DNA of 63,544 bases, filler included, from Choristocarpus tenellus KU-1152 (taxonomy: Eukaryota > Protista > Phaeophyceae), in assembly GCA_964200185.2 (NCBI GenBank). It is 5 parts of 5 records of this genome, joined end to end, with 100 filler letters (N's around TTAATTAATTAA, not from the genome) between each part and the next. Parts side by side here need not be neighbours in the genome. Positions count along the whole stretch, not along the records: positions 1 to 25,606 come from CAXNAD020000182.1; 4 more parts are not named here. One strand, given 5' to 3'. A program made the translations under genes and the position numbers. The notes beneath the pieces are model-generated. The model did not search any database. It was not told where the DNA came from and worked only from the letters and a program-made list of their open reading frames with translations. This document shows positions 1 to 12,277 of this stretch, piece after piece (position 1 is the first letter of the stretch; every line of letters starts with the position of its first letter).

Positions 1-27
1 CCCCCCCCCCCCCCAGATACTTTGAAC
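1..27 (-). repeat. Terminus of TIR-element family sharing GACCCAAAGTATCT end (contig break)
   Basis: polyC-AGATACTTTGAAC; the same motif occurs at 25586-25606, 33564-33579, 34660-34699 and 50306-50357. Confidence 0.6.
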
Positions 28-229
28 CAAAATGTTCTTACTCTTAGCACTGCATCATCACTCTCACAGTGTAGAGGACGTGTTGGCAAAAACATACACT
101 GACTTCAGAGCCAGGTCAGCTAGGTGTTGCAAAACACACATACACATAAGGCAGTAGGAACAGGTTTTCTGGAGAAGTTCTGTGGTGACTTGGTACTATG
201 TACTTGCTGAAAGGAACCCTCCACAAAAC

Positions 230-3200
230 CTGTGCCAGAGAAGACTCCACCTCCTCAGCAGTGCAGGCCCCTGACAACTCCCTCGATAGGATGTGTTGTG
301 TAAGCTCTTGTACAGTTGAACCGCCATCTTCCGCCTTGGCTGAAATAAGGGACAGAAGGAGATCTGAAACGTTTTTTTTTAAACAGCAAAAGCAGAGCAG
401 TATCATCATTGATGAGGGGACTGAAGGGGGGCAGTTACACTTCTGTGACAACAATTAATGTAGTAGTTGCTATTCAAAATGGGCAGTTGAATTTTTTATT
501 ATAATAATCGTTAAAATAATAATACCATCAAAATTAATAGGCAGTTACACAATTTCAACAATATAATTGATTATCATTGTTCATATTTGTAAGGGGTTGT
601 GATTTTTACTATTATCAACACTATTCATAGGCAATTACCAGATGGCACTCGCAAAAATTTATCAATATTGAACGGGTCACTACCAAGAAAGCATAAAAAT
701 ATGTATGTTTTTCAGGTTTTAATGATATGCTAATACTGGGTGGTTGCTGCATTGCACGGACTAGTAATAGTGTAAACAAAAAATCGAAAAGGCAGATATG
801 ACAGAGGAAGGGGAGGATCAGACTCAAGGGCAAGCAGTGAATTAGAGACTATTTCAAACAAACAAACAAAAAATCATCGGCACTCCATACTGTGGGACAC
901 AACATTCCAATGCCAATACTAACATTAATAGTAACATGTATGATGATAATATTGACAATAACAATAATGCTAAAAATAATCGGATCAATGAGTACCGTCC
1001 ATGACTCCTTTTGTTCAAGTAGAGTCTGCACTTACATGTTATAGATATAAATATCTACACAACTTATAAATTAATTATGATCCTAACCTTCTAACCCTAG
1101 TGCCAACCACAACCCCCCCCTAAAAAAAATCCAATGAAAAAATAACATTCCAACAGGAGCTAGAAACCATACTGATCATTTTTCCTGTGATTCTTACTCT
1201 GACCTGTGCATTATTATCACTCCATCTCCAATTTATATGCACTTCAGGGTCACTTCAAGCACCCTCTACATCCAACTCTTAGAGTACCTGCAATGCTCTG
1301 TACTTGCACACCGCCTTTGTCTGACACCTGCACAATGGCATTGCCATCATCATTGTGGCCAGGGTCTGACACGGGAGAAGGATCGCAACTTGGGGACATA
1401 TCCTCTTCCTCATCTCCCTCCCCTACCCCCTCCCTCCTTATGGGAGGAGGGAGTTCCGCTACAGAAGGCGTCCACAATGGGGAGAAGTAACAGACTTGGT
1501 ACCTGTTTATCAGTGTTAGGGGTTTCGGCAAGGGTTTTAAGAGACTACTAGTGATGTGGAGTTTTACTCTTTCCCAAAAAGGCACCATAGAGATATTTCC
1601 TGTTATTTTCTGGTTTACAACGGCACACAACAAATCTGACTCTTAATAATAGTATAGCACATTTACGGGGTTAGGACTGACCCTAAACATCGATAATAAA
1701 GATATCCAATTCATCAACATAAAGCCTGTACCTTCTTCAACATGTGGGGGTAGTGAAAGTTTCTGGCAATCATGTCAATGTCAATTAGGTGTTGGCTACC
1801 TTGGTCTTTTTAAAGACTCACTACATGCGACATCAGTCTTGGTCAGGCGATGTTACTCGTACACACATTGGACCACCACTTTCATCCAATTTAGTTATCA
1901 TCACCACTACCAAGATATGATCTAGAATTTTCTAAAAAAATATCAACCCACTTCTAGGCACTCTTGAGTACTATGAAGTAATTTGTAGTTAGCTTAAAAC
2001 GCTTTGTAGAGTGGCACACACCTTGCAAATTCTTGTAAGAGATTAATGTGTGTGCATGCACATGTGTGTGTGCATGTTTGTGTGTGCGTGTGTGTGCCAT
2101 TCTCCCTCCTGACTACACCACTAGGGGGTCAAACAAACAAAATATTTCTGTACTCAAAACTTTACCCCCCCAACCCATCTCCAAGAATTAACCTGAAAAT
2201 GCGAAAAAAGAAATTGTCAAGTCTTAACTGGAAGAGAACTACTTACAAATTACTTATGACTATGTCACATTATTAGTCACATTATTAATTGCAGCCTTAA
2301 CGAACATACTTACATGAAAATAAATAATATTTTCTGTATTGATACACTACTGAAAAACTCTGTAAAAAAAATAATAATACCAATAATGAACTATTACTAT
2401 TATTTTCATCACCACTATCAACACTATGTATCATAATGTAATAAATTAATGCACTCTAGCAATCATCTCATGAACCACTACTACCACCACCATCACCACC
2501 ACCACCACCATCATCTCTGGTAGTATTACTATTAGTAGTATTCTTGTTACTATTATTATTATTATTATTGTCATCATCATCTCACAAATGAATGCACTCT
2601 AATGCTCGAAGAATCGCCAGATTGGGATCAGTGCTGACATGGAGCCCACTGGCCAAAAGGACCCTATCCCTATCCCCCCGCCCCTGCCTCATCTTGCCTC
2701 CTCCTCCACCTCTTTCCCCATGTTTAGCAGGTCCCAACACAGTCCCAGTATTCTTCTTCCGTTCTGGACATGGCAGACACCTGCCAAAAACATCCACCTT
2801 CCAAATGGCACAGATATATCCAGTCCCCCACGGACCAACACATATAAATAATGCTCATTTAAGTCTTGTTCGATTTCACCTTGCACCGAATGTTCTTTCA
2901 TAACCAACATTTAGCATTCAACATTTAGCATTCAACATTCAACTTTCAACTTTCAACCTTCAACCTCCAACTCAACACAGTCGATACAACCACCAACACT
3001 GCTCTCCTACTTCCAAAGTACTTGGAGTAATTGGACACAAAGAGCAGAGGAGTGTTGGATTCAAAAGCCAGCAACAGACCTTCAGAAACCCCAACCCTCA
3101 CCCTACCCCTATGATACAAATACCAAAAAATGCAACTAACATAAAAAAATAGCAGGAGTGATCTATTTAATTTCTACTGCAAATATGTCACTTAGTATAC

Positions 3201-4520
3201 AACTACAAGAAATAAGAATAAAATTACCAATACAAACCATAATCTGCTGTACCCCCAACCTAGAGCAAGACTTATCATTTCCATTCATTTCAATACAACG
3301 GCAGCTAGTGCTCCTGCATGATGACAATAATCAGTACCATAAACAACATGCATTCCTTGTACTATAAACACTAATCTACACCCTCTTAACATTTTGTAGA
3401 TGATGAGAAAGAGGTGTACCACAAAAAGATACTAGAAGTATACAAGAGGACGCAATGAACAAGGCTACAGAGTTTGTGTTGCTTACAAGGAACGCCATCT
3501 CACATCTCTGCAACAGCGGTTGCAAATCTTATGGAAATAAGAAAAACAACAAATAGACGCCTTCCTACAGTGAAGCATTTGTACAGAGTTCCAAAAAAAA
3601 GTGTTAAAAGAAAATTAATCTAATTGCTCCTATAACACTACCATTATCAATATACATCAGGAAAGATACTGTTGATATCAATCTTTTAGAGTAGGAGTTA
3701 TTCAGATGTGCTCAGTAAATGACGAAAATTGAAGAGAATAATACAGTACACCTCACCTAGAAAGTTATTGTTCATCAAGGCCTAACAAGACAACAAAGTC
3801 TCACACACAAAGACCACGCCATCCCTTAAAGTAATAAAACTGCTGTCACCATGTTTGTAAAAAAACCTGACCCTAACACCAACCCTAACCCATATTAGTA
3901 TTATCATCATCATCATCATCATCATTCCTATAGTTACCAATACCACAATCTACACATTTGTCTGGGACTAGGAACCGTTACTTCAACCCCACCTATCCCC
4001 AACCCGTGGTCAGAGGCACTAGACATTGCGCTACTCACCAACTGTAATTAACCAAGTTCAAACAGTTGCATCACGACTACTTCACTTGCATTTTTTCTCT
4101 GATGCTGATCTCAGTCATCCATCGCTCCACTCACCTCTACCCCTCCTCCCCCAAACCTTATTTAGCATTCAACTGCCCGAAACGAAGCGTTGCTAACCCG
4201 ATTTAGTATTTTTCTGTGTTCTATCTTACAGAATAGTTAAGACAGACAAAAGGGTTCAAATGTACCTGTGCTTGGCGCTTGGCACTTGGCACATGGTTTG
4301 AAACATAAAAAAAAGTGAATTTCTCTGAAAAACAAGTCTGACCTTGACCGAGTTTGAACCCACACATTCCGTTCACAGAAAATGGTAGACTACAACCACT
4401 GGGCTGTGATGAAGTAAGTACATGCAAAAAAACGTCAATTGTCAATGATACTTGTAAACTTTTGGCATTGAAGTCTTGGGTGAAGGGCAGATTACTATTC
4501 ACGTGTGCGGTTGTCTTTGC

Positions 4521-4552
<32 letters not shown>

Positions 4553-7500
4553 AAGGTGAAAAGAGATGAGAGCTATTTCGTAGACAGACACATTGCAAAG
4601 ACGACCACTATTCAATTATTCAATTATTCAATTATTCAATTATTCAATCAATGACCACGTCCATCCCGTTTCTGTTGAAACTCCGTAAGGACCCAGCAAA
4701 GTAATTAGTTTCATCTCTGGCTTTCTGCCGGCGACCTTCCAGTCAAAAAAGAAACAAAAAGGGGTTCCATTTCTGAAACTTCAACCACAGTAACATTTTT
4801 TTTTTCGTATCGAGAAACAAATCTATTCCGGATGTTCAAATGCGGTAATAGAATCAGAATAATAACTAAGAACCCGTATCAGCCGTAATCACAAAAAAAA
4901 ATCTTAGAAAGAAACATAATCCAACAAACAAACAGTACTCTTCTCCTCCGCTACAGAAAGACCTTTTTGGTACTACTATTAGTAGTAGTAGCTCTGTGTT
5001 TAGACTATTGGGGTTAGGGTTAGGGTTAGGGTTAAGGGTTTTTTTTTCTTTATTTCCTCTTGGGGTGTGTGGACAACACCTCATAAAACGCGTTTAGGAA
5101 CATAAAATCTAGCACATCTCCAGCCAAACAAGAAATGCAAACCCTCAACTGAATGTGACCTTCCACCACCAGCAGACTACATTGTACCCGTGCGGGATGA
5201 CTTCAAAAAAATCTGTTCAATAATGTAAGTGCAAATAGTCGTATCGTAATGAGGGTTATGCAAAATTGTACACTGACCAGCAGACCTCCAATACTTTTCA
5301 CACGGGAGTTACAGAATTTTCCAGACTTCCCAGAGGACCCCCCCACCAGGCTATTATACACTTCTAGTTAAAAACACTTTTCTCAATACATCAAAGGCTA
5401 CACTCGTTACCCGTTGAAAAGAAATTTCCGCAGGAATATTCTTAATTTAAAAACAGCACTCTGGTGCAACACACCAACCACTGCTGCGCCCTGTCTGTAC
5501 CAGCCAACACAGTCCAACTGATGATGTACAGGGCGGTTCAATGCACAGAAAATTCTACAAATTTTCCAAAAGCATTTTTGGAAACTGCAGTGGCACAAAC
5601 AAGTACATCTGTGGATTGATTTGTTCGTGGCATCATTAACACAACGGATGACTTATTCTTCCACCACACTAACCGCTGTATCTTTTGTTGCTCTAGATTT
5701 TATCAAAGCAGGAGAAGGAAACAATAGATCACATTTTTTTTTTAATCCGGTAAAAATTCTTAGAAACCATACACGCCTGACTTTCACTACCAAAATGAGG
5801 TTGCATCAAAAATGCTTGTCGCATGCATTGCTCATTCAGCATAGATATTTCAGATGCCTGCCAAGCAGGCATTTGTCCCAGGCACAGGGGATGGATAAAG
5901 GGTCACCCCCACTGTAAAAACCATCACTATACCAAGAAGCCCCTTCTATTACCCATGAATCAAAGTTATCTATGGTATCACATCTATGGTATCACATATC
6001 TTAAAATCCACATATCAGTCCGTGCCAAATCATCATTTTGATGTCATTTTGATATCATTTTGATATCATTTTGATGTCATTTTGATATCATTTTGATGCC
6101 ATTTTGATATCAGCAGCCTAGCATAATCAGGCATAGTGGGCATGATAGTGAGGCTAAAGCTTATGGGCTGTACGGCCAGGGTCTCGCTAGTGGGAATGTG
6201 ACATCTTCGATCCAGACAGACCCGCATTCTGTCATCAACCAATCAAACTCGTCCATCATCGACCAATCAAAACATAATCAACATTGTCTTATGTATTACT
6301 CCACCTATACTCTAACCCTAACACATATTGCTAGATAGTGATGGCAATAGACCATAGCTTGTGCCATAAATAGAGGAGATAATAATAACAAAATCCTCCA
6401 CACAGCTATCTAAAGCAACAACAACAAAAAAAGCATCGCTGCTGCCATACATATCTTAATCTTCCCTGACCCTAACCATAAACCTTAGCAGACAAAAAAA
6501 TGAAATAAAAAGAAAAAAAAACAGGGAGACAACAGACAACTACTCCAACCAATGGAAACTCTTCAAATCTCAACATCACAGTCAAAAGGTTTTATAACAG
6601 TATGGCTAGCAATATAGTTAACACAGTTAATATAGCAAACAATCTAGGGCAAGGCTGATACTGATGACCGACCAATGAGGCATTGTGCTGCTGACCTCAC
6701 CTGGTCCCCCACCTGCAACGATGTCCCAGCCTGTTCAGACAGTATCACACCTACCACCCCAGTGGAGTCGTCTGTCAAGGATCAACAACAAGGATCAATA
6801 ATAACAAAACATTCGTTGACAATAAAAGAAAGGGCAGAGTTTGATCTTGTTCAATGACTTTCATTGATTCAATCGACAACAGCAAAATAATAATAATAAT
6901 AATAATACAAAAATGACAATAATGATAATGAAAATGATACTACTAGTAATAATAACGGATGCTGGCGAGAGATAACACCGCTAACCCTAACCCTACCAAA
7001 CACAAAACGTCAGTAATAAAATAAAACGGAATGAACTGCAATTGCTACACGTCTCAGTCAAGATCTGTACACAGTAAGACAACTGATATGCCGATGTTCT
7101 TACAAGACATTGTGAAATAAATATATATATATATATATATATATGCTCTTTTCTTTTTTCAAGTATGAAATTCGGATTTTTGCAATTGCAACCAGGCTGC
7201 TGCCAAAGATACATTTTTGTGACATTTCACCCATCCTTGTATGCACCACAACTTAGGTTTAGGGTTAGACCACAGACCAATTGACAACGACGAAATGTCA
7301 TCAACTACATCCTTTCAATTTCTAGATAAAGATGATTGATCGCAATATATTGTAAACATCGATGAAGGGGGAGGTGGGGTCATCATGCCGCCAGTGAACT
7401 ACATTACTACATTTTTCTTTCAAAAGGGAGGGATGCTTTTGCTTGCTTCAACACAAGGAGGACAACATGCCTTCATATCAAAAGAGGGTACATAGTCTAA

Positions 7501-10500
7501 CCTTATCTTTAAGCCACATCATGCATGATGGCCGATTAACAGATCACAACTCTTGAACTACGTACATACAGTCACATGTGCACACATTGGTGGAATATCT
7601 AACCCTTTAACAGCAGAATAGTTAACCCCTTTAGTGGTAAATTCCAAACACCTGGGGTGCAAAAGCCGCCATGCACAAGACAGGACTTGGTTAATAAGAA
7701 AAAAGTGGTAAAAGTGGCAACTAGACATCCAAGCAGTGCTATCACCAAAACCAACAGCCTGCTGGGAGAACACTCCAGCCCGCAGCCCCCTGCATTGCCT
7801 ACAGCATGCTCCGCTGAAAAGAGCTACAACATGCACTATAGGACATCTCAACAACCCCCGACATATCCCGACATATCCCGACATATCCCGACATATCTCA
7901 ATGCACCACCGCATACCATTGCCCTAACCCTAGCCCTCCCCAGCCAGGGTATTAACAGATTTTAAAGTGTTCGCAGAAGCTGTTCGCAGGACATGTTATA
8001 ACTCTCACTAGTGGGGCACAAATTGAAATGCCGCATTCTAACGCATCCAGCCCTAACCCTAATCCTAACCCCATCTGCACTACTATTGACGGTACTGTTG
8101 GAAAGGTTCATCTGTCCATCTCAGTTCCTGTGCGAAACATGACCTCTCTCGAGACTTTGATGTATCCACATCAAGCATCTTGAACAGATCCATCTCCCAC
8201 TCACCCATGGCAGAGTGGTCCAAGTACAGGTTCATAGGTGGAGATCCTTCCCAGACATCTATCAAGCTCCTTCCTCCAAGACTACACCCTTTACATACAG
8301 CTATCTGCTGGTTATGAGCAACACCTAAGTTATCGACCTTCAACGCCACTCCCCCATTACCGCCTTGCCAGGCATGTCCAAGTCCCGCCACTTCCATGTA
8401 TTCTTCAGCAGTGTCTTGTCTGGTCCTCTTGATAAATTCTAAAGCCTTTGCAGTTGACAAGCACGCAAACAAACTATGCATAGATTGAAAACTCCAAACG
8501 ACCATCCTCCTTGCACTATTAGATGGTAAGAACCACCAGGAAGTAGCCTTGGACGGCTTGAATGGAGGAATGTGATGGGGCATTCCATCTCTCTTTCTCC
8601 TCTCTTGTTCCTCGTCCAATAAGTTGCCTAAGCTAGCCACACTCATAATACATTGCCCACATGTGTAAACCTGGTATACATGGTAAATCCACTGAGCACT
8701 GGAAGGATTTGCTGCCAACCCTAACCCCAAGATGCCATGCACAAAAGAATACCATAATCGGCCCAGTCTCTTGGTTGCTAAGACCTGACATAACAGTCCT
8801 AGCAGAGTAAGAGGAAACCACTCCGGTGGCAAGGGATCTGACTGGGCAATCACACGCTAGTTGCTCTATTTGTTTTCAAAGCACTTGACACCTTTACACA
8901 CCCAGCTCTCAAAGCCGATTGCTGTGAAGCACTGAACATGAAAATAGTAGCAGCAGGGGCTATTGGCAAAGGTTTCTAGAGATGGTACTAATTAACTTGC
9001 ATACTGTGTTTATTCCTTCTTTCACTTGGTTCTAAAATTGGATGCAAAAAAATGCCACCATGGGTACCCTGCGTGACATTATTCTTGTGATTGTCAAATC
9101 TATTATCTCAAGTTATTATTCTTGTTAAAGTGTATGTTATTATGCTATTATCAATACTCCTCCAAATATTATTATTGTTGTAGTTGTTACTCTAATCAGA
9201 GTGATAATTGCAACTAAAAATAGGTAATGAACTTGGACAAACAAAAGGAAAAAGGTGATACGAAAAATGACATCACTGGTCCCAGTAGCATCTGGAAGTC
9301 CCTCTCAAGTTGTTCCAATCTTTAGGAGAAACTAATTCATAGACCACTGATTATTTATGCCAAAAACTAGGCATGTTCCAATGCCGTTGCCACAGCTGGA
9401 GGTGAAGATAGTGTGAACAAAGATTATATAGAGTGAAAAAAATATTTTGAAAAAACTTCAATATTATCATACCATATTCATGATATCATATTGTGTCAAA
9501 AGGCGCACCACTACATGAAGGGGACACTGACTGCACGTCAATACTTAACCCTAACCTAACTCTAACCTAACTCTAATCCATATTTTCTATCCTTTGACAA
9601 GCTTTTGAATCCTCTTGTATACAGGGACCAACCAAACACCCCTTCATGGATTTGCGGTCTAGTGTACAAGCTCAAAGATTGCAGTAGGGCAGTAATAATT
9701 GCAATTAAAAAAGGTTTTGAAAGACCTCAAGGTCGGTAAAGAGAAGAATGCATGTCCTCCTTACAGTGAAGCACCAGATGGACCAAAATATTGGAATTAG
9801 TCAGCGTGTCAGGTGGGCCTGCCGCTCCACGAGGGAAGTTCAACTTCAGACCAAAACGTGAGGGACGCTCGTGGTGTTGCAGTTTTCCAGGTACAAAAAT
9901 GCCTTGATCATACGATACCGTCGAATGAGCTGAGGTGAGTGATAATCACTGCCCTATGTGCAATGTGCCACAATTAAGTCGAATATTCAGAGTTGGGGCA
10001 AACAAAGACGACCAGCGAATACTATGAGATGATGGTAAGATTATTTCGTTTGTGTTGCATCATAAGCAAGGGTACGATAGGTAAGTCCATCGCATCATCT
10101 ACAACTGCAAGGTGAGAGGGATTGACAATGGTACGTTTGAGCAAAACAAACCCCACCTTTGAGTGCACACTGGTAACGGAAGAAAAAAACTAGTTATGCA
10201 ATTCAAACGACGAGTCAATGCAGTCTCAATAGGTCTCACCAATCTCAACAATGCAGAAGCTTTCTCTATCCTGCTCCAAGTTCCTCCGGCTCTCGCATTT
10301 TCTCTCCTCGAGCAAAACAGTGGGAAGAACTCCATCTCTAGCCACGACGTTCTTGGATACAACAACTCCTAGCAGCCGCACACCCTTACCATGAACAGAT
10401 CATTTTTACACCGCCATGTTATTAATTAGATGCGTGCAATTATCACAGGCAAGGATAAGTGTGCCAAGGGCAGAGGATAGAAGATACTACTCCATAATAT

Positions 10501-10631
10501 CTTAGCAACTTCCAATGAACCTTCACGGGATGTAGGGGATGACCAAAGACAAATTCTCCTATTGTGCTTTGACTCATGGAGAGGAAATCACGAGCGAGTA
10601 GACGCCATTGCAGCTCCACAGATGTCTCCAT
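230..10631 (-). CDS. STN1: STN1-like CST complex subunit (RPA32-type OB fold + C-terminal winged helix); last exon not resolved
   Basis: Phase-consistent GT-AG exons 10631-10521, 10384-10240, 6771-6701, 2797-2586, 1502-1288, 339-230 give 288 aa: METSVELQWRLLARDFLSM...HPVKGVRLLGVVVS...CIVEIDDSTGVV...VGDQVDVFGR...VSTDPNLAILRALECIHLYQVCY...GSTVQEL...EEVESSLAQ. Matches STN1 hallmarks (KLxxRDI, HP-V-xxLGxVV, DDxTG, DPNxxILxxLEC). The exon 5 donor and the terminal exon are less certain. Confidence 0.82.
2906..2975. repeat. Degenerate TTCAAC-type short tandem repeat
   Basis: aacatttagcattc x2 followed by (c/t)ttcaac units. Confidence 0.7.
4520..4551. repeat. (CAA)n microsatellite
   Basis: about 10 CAA units. 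Confidence 0.95.
4609..4648. repeat. (TATTCAAT)5 tandem repeat
   Basis: 8-bp unit repeated five times. Confidence 0.9.
5010..5040 (+). repeat. Interstitial telomeric repeat (TTAGGG)n
   Basis: gggttagggttagggttagggttaagggtt. Confidence 0.9.
6030..6111. repeat. 11-bp tandem repeat (GATRTCATTTT) about 7 copies
   Basis: gatgtcatttt/gatatcatttt units. Confidence 0.9.
7857..7897. repeat. (ACATATCCCG) tandem repeat, 3-4 copies
   Basis: direct reading. Confidence 0.9.
8051..8071 (-). repeat. Interstitial telomere-like seed (CCCTAA)n
   Basis: ccctaaccctaatcctaaccc; similar seeds at 1091, 3871-3890, 6312, 6470, 6981-6996, 7922, 8718, 9547-9580. Confidence 0.8.
8083..8853 (-). other. Intronic 256-codon open frame, possibly a decayed transposase (hAT-like?)
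   Basis: Long ORF inside STN1 intron 2; only weak resemblance to hAT motifs (KATSWW; AQELRWTDEPF). Confidence 0.25.
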
Positions 10632-12277
10632 TCCCTGGAATGCACCCTTCTCTCCACCTCCAGTTCTTTGTTGTGTTAGAGACCATCTTGTATGGGTCAC
10701 CGAAGGCAAAATGTAAACCTATCAAAAAGTGGCGATTTTCCACAGAAATTGGACTAAATACAAAACAGTATTGAAGTCGGTAAAACGTTATGATGTAGTA
10801 TTTATCGCGCAGGTATAAGCTCTTGTCAAACCTCGGTAACAATTTCCTTTCTCTCTCACAATTTGCAGATGTGTTCTCTCTACTATTCCCCTTTCCATCA
10901 TACCGTAAAAGATTTATTTCGCCAACGCCTGATCAACTTTTTGAGTCGTTCTTTGCTCAACCATCTGCAATCCTTTCGGTCCAAGACTCAGAGCCGAGCA
11001 CCCGAAGCTGATGGACTTGATAGAACTTCCAGCGCTATTGGTGTGATCGAAGTCGACTGTTCAATTGGATATTGCAGTGAGGCCGCTTTTGCTGCTAGTT
11101 CGCAGCTTTGAGCCACGAGTCTTCTGGGTGCAACAACGAACGTTGGCGAAGAGAGGTGTGGCCCAGGTTTACCTTCTTTCCCGAGTTCCCCGGTCTTTGT
11201 GGAAGGTGAAAGCTTGCAGGAAGAAGTATAAGATACACCTCTCACACTCTGACATCGTTTTTCCGGGAACGAATCTCGCATCTTGGAGAGACTTTGCCTA
11301 ACGTCACACTCGAGCGTGCTGTACACAACAACCAATTCCTTGCCTCAAACATGACTTCTTCGGCCAATTCCCTGCCCCGATCACCTTTTCTGGCATCTTT
11401 AGGTACCTCGCATAGGATTTTATTGTGGTATGCAAGCCGGGAGTCATGCTTGATCCCTCGGTCGGCACGTTTTCCACCCACCACTACCTGAACCTATGCC
11501 ACTCGGGGTGCCCCATTGCCCTTCAATTGCCAAACAATCGCCCTTATTGCGCTTTTTGAGCTGACCTGTATTTCCTTCTTCGTTCACCAATGATAATGCC
11601 CTTTGCGTTCAACTTGCGAGTTCCATTTCTCTTTTACTTCGCCATTGGAGATGTTTTTGCATTTCCTAATCCCTCCAAAGCAAAATGGGTTACTTGTCAT
11701 GTTGGCATCCCACAGCCACAGGGCCACCGTTCACCGGACCCTTTTTTTCTCTTCACGCGACAGTTCTATAGATGGCCTGCAGCCAAATGACAAGTACCGA
11801 GGCAGGGCATGAATGGCCATGGCTCCTCGTACTCTTCCCGCCATGTGCGGGATTGCTGCGTCGTTTCCCCTGTTGAAGTTTGAAGTGAGCGCTCCCAAAC
11901 TTGCATCCCCTTTGGTTCCCCCTTCTTCCTTAATTCCTACGTGTCTACATCTCTTAGGTGACATTTCCATAGGATTGGAAAACCGACGGAGCAGAGCGAG
12001 ACTGCCAGGTTGCTTTCCCTTTGTTCTGGATACCCTCGTACGGAGAGGGGAATCTCGGTTGTCGCCTTCTTTCCAAACTTGGGTAGAAGACGTAAAAAGG
12101 ACAAATCGTCCCTCCCTATCTCTTCACCAGGCCCCCACTTACCCCACACCTTATCGTTACTGCCCTGGGCTACCGAACAGTTAGTGCCACCTTCTCGCAT
12201 CGCGGTCATTCGCCACGTTCCTCCCAACCCAGGTACTCGCCCTACAGCACTGATCCCTTTCAACTTGAGGGATTACA
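10632..12277. promoter_or_regulatory. CpG-rich bidirectional promoter region between STN1 and the EsV-1-7 gene
   Basis: Divergent ATGs at 10631 (-) and 12278 (+); CpG visibly much denser than in flanking gene bodies; TTTATCGCGC at 10801-10810. Confidence 0.55.

Noticed and set aside
63-119. Terminal STN1 exon (LTWL* or DLALKSVYVF)
   Set aside because: The phase-0 reading stops after 4 codons and the longer frame is phase-incompatible; the true exon may lie beyond the contig end
5460-5517. LDCVGWYRQG as an alternative STN1 exon 4
   Set aside because: Resembles an OB strand but has no convincing donor and no DPN motif
9728-10098. DDAMDLP... and HSTVSYDQGIFVPGKL... as STN1 exons 3-4
   Set aside because: No phase-compatible donor; the DDSTG exon at 6701-6771 and the DPN exon at 2586-2797 fit far better
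10988-10990. Selenocysteine or alternative genetic code readthrough
   Set aside because: Intact genes here end in TAA, TAG and TGA; no SECIS or redox motif is evident
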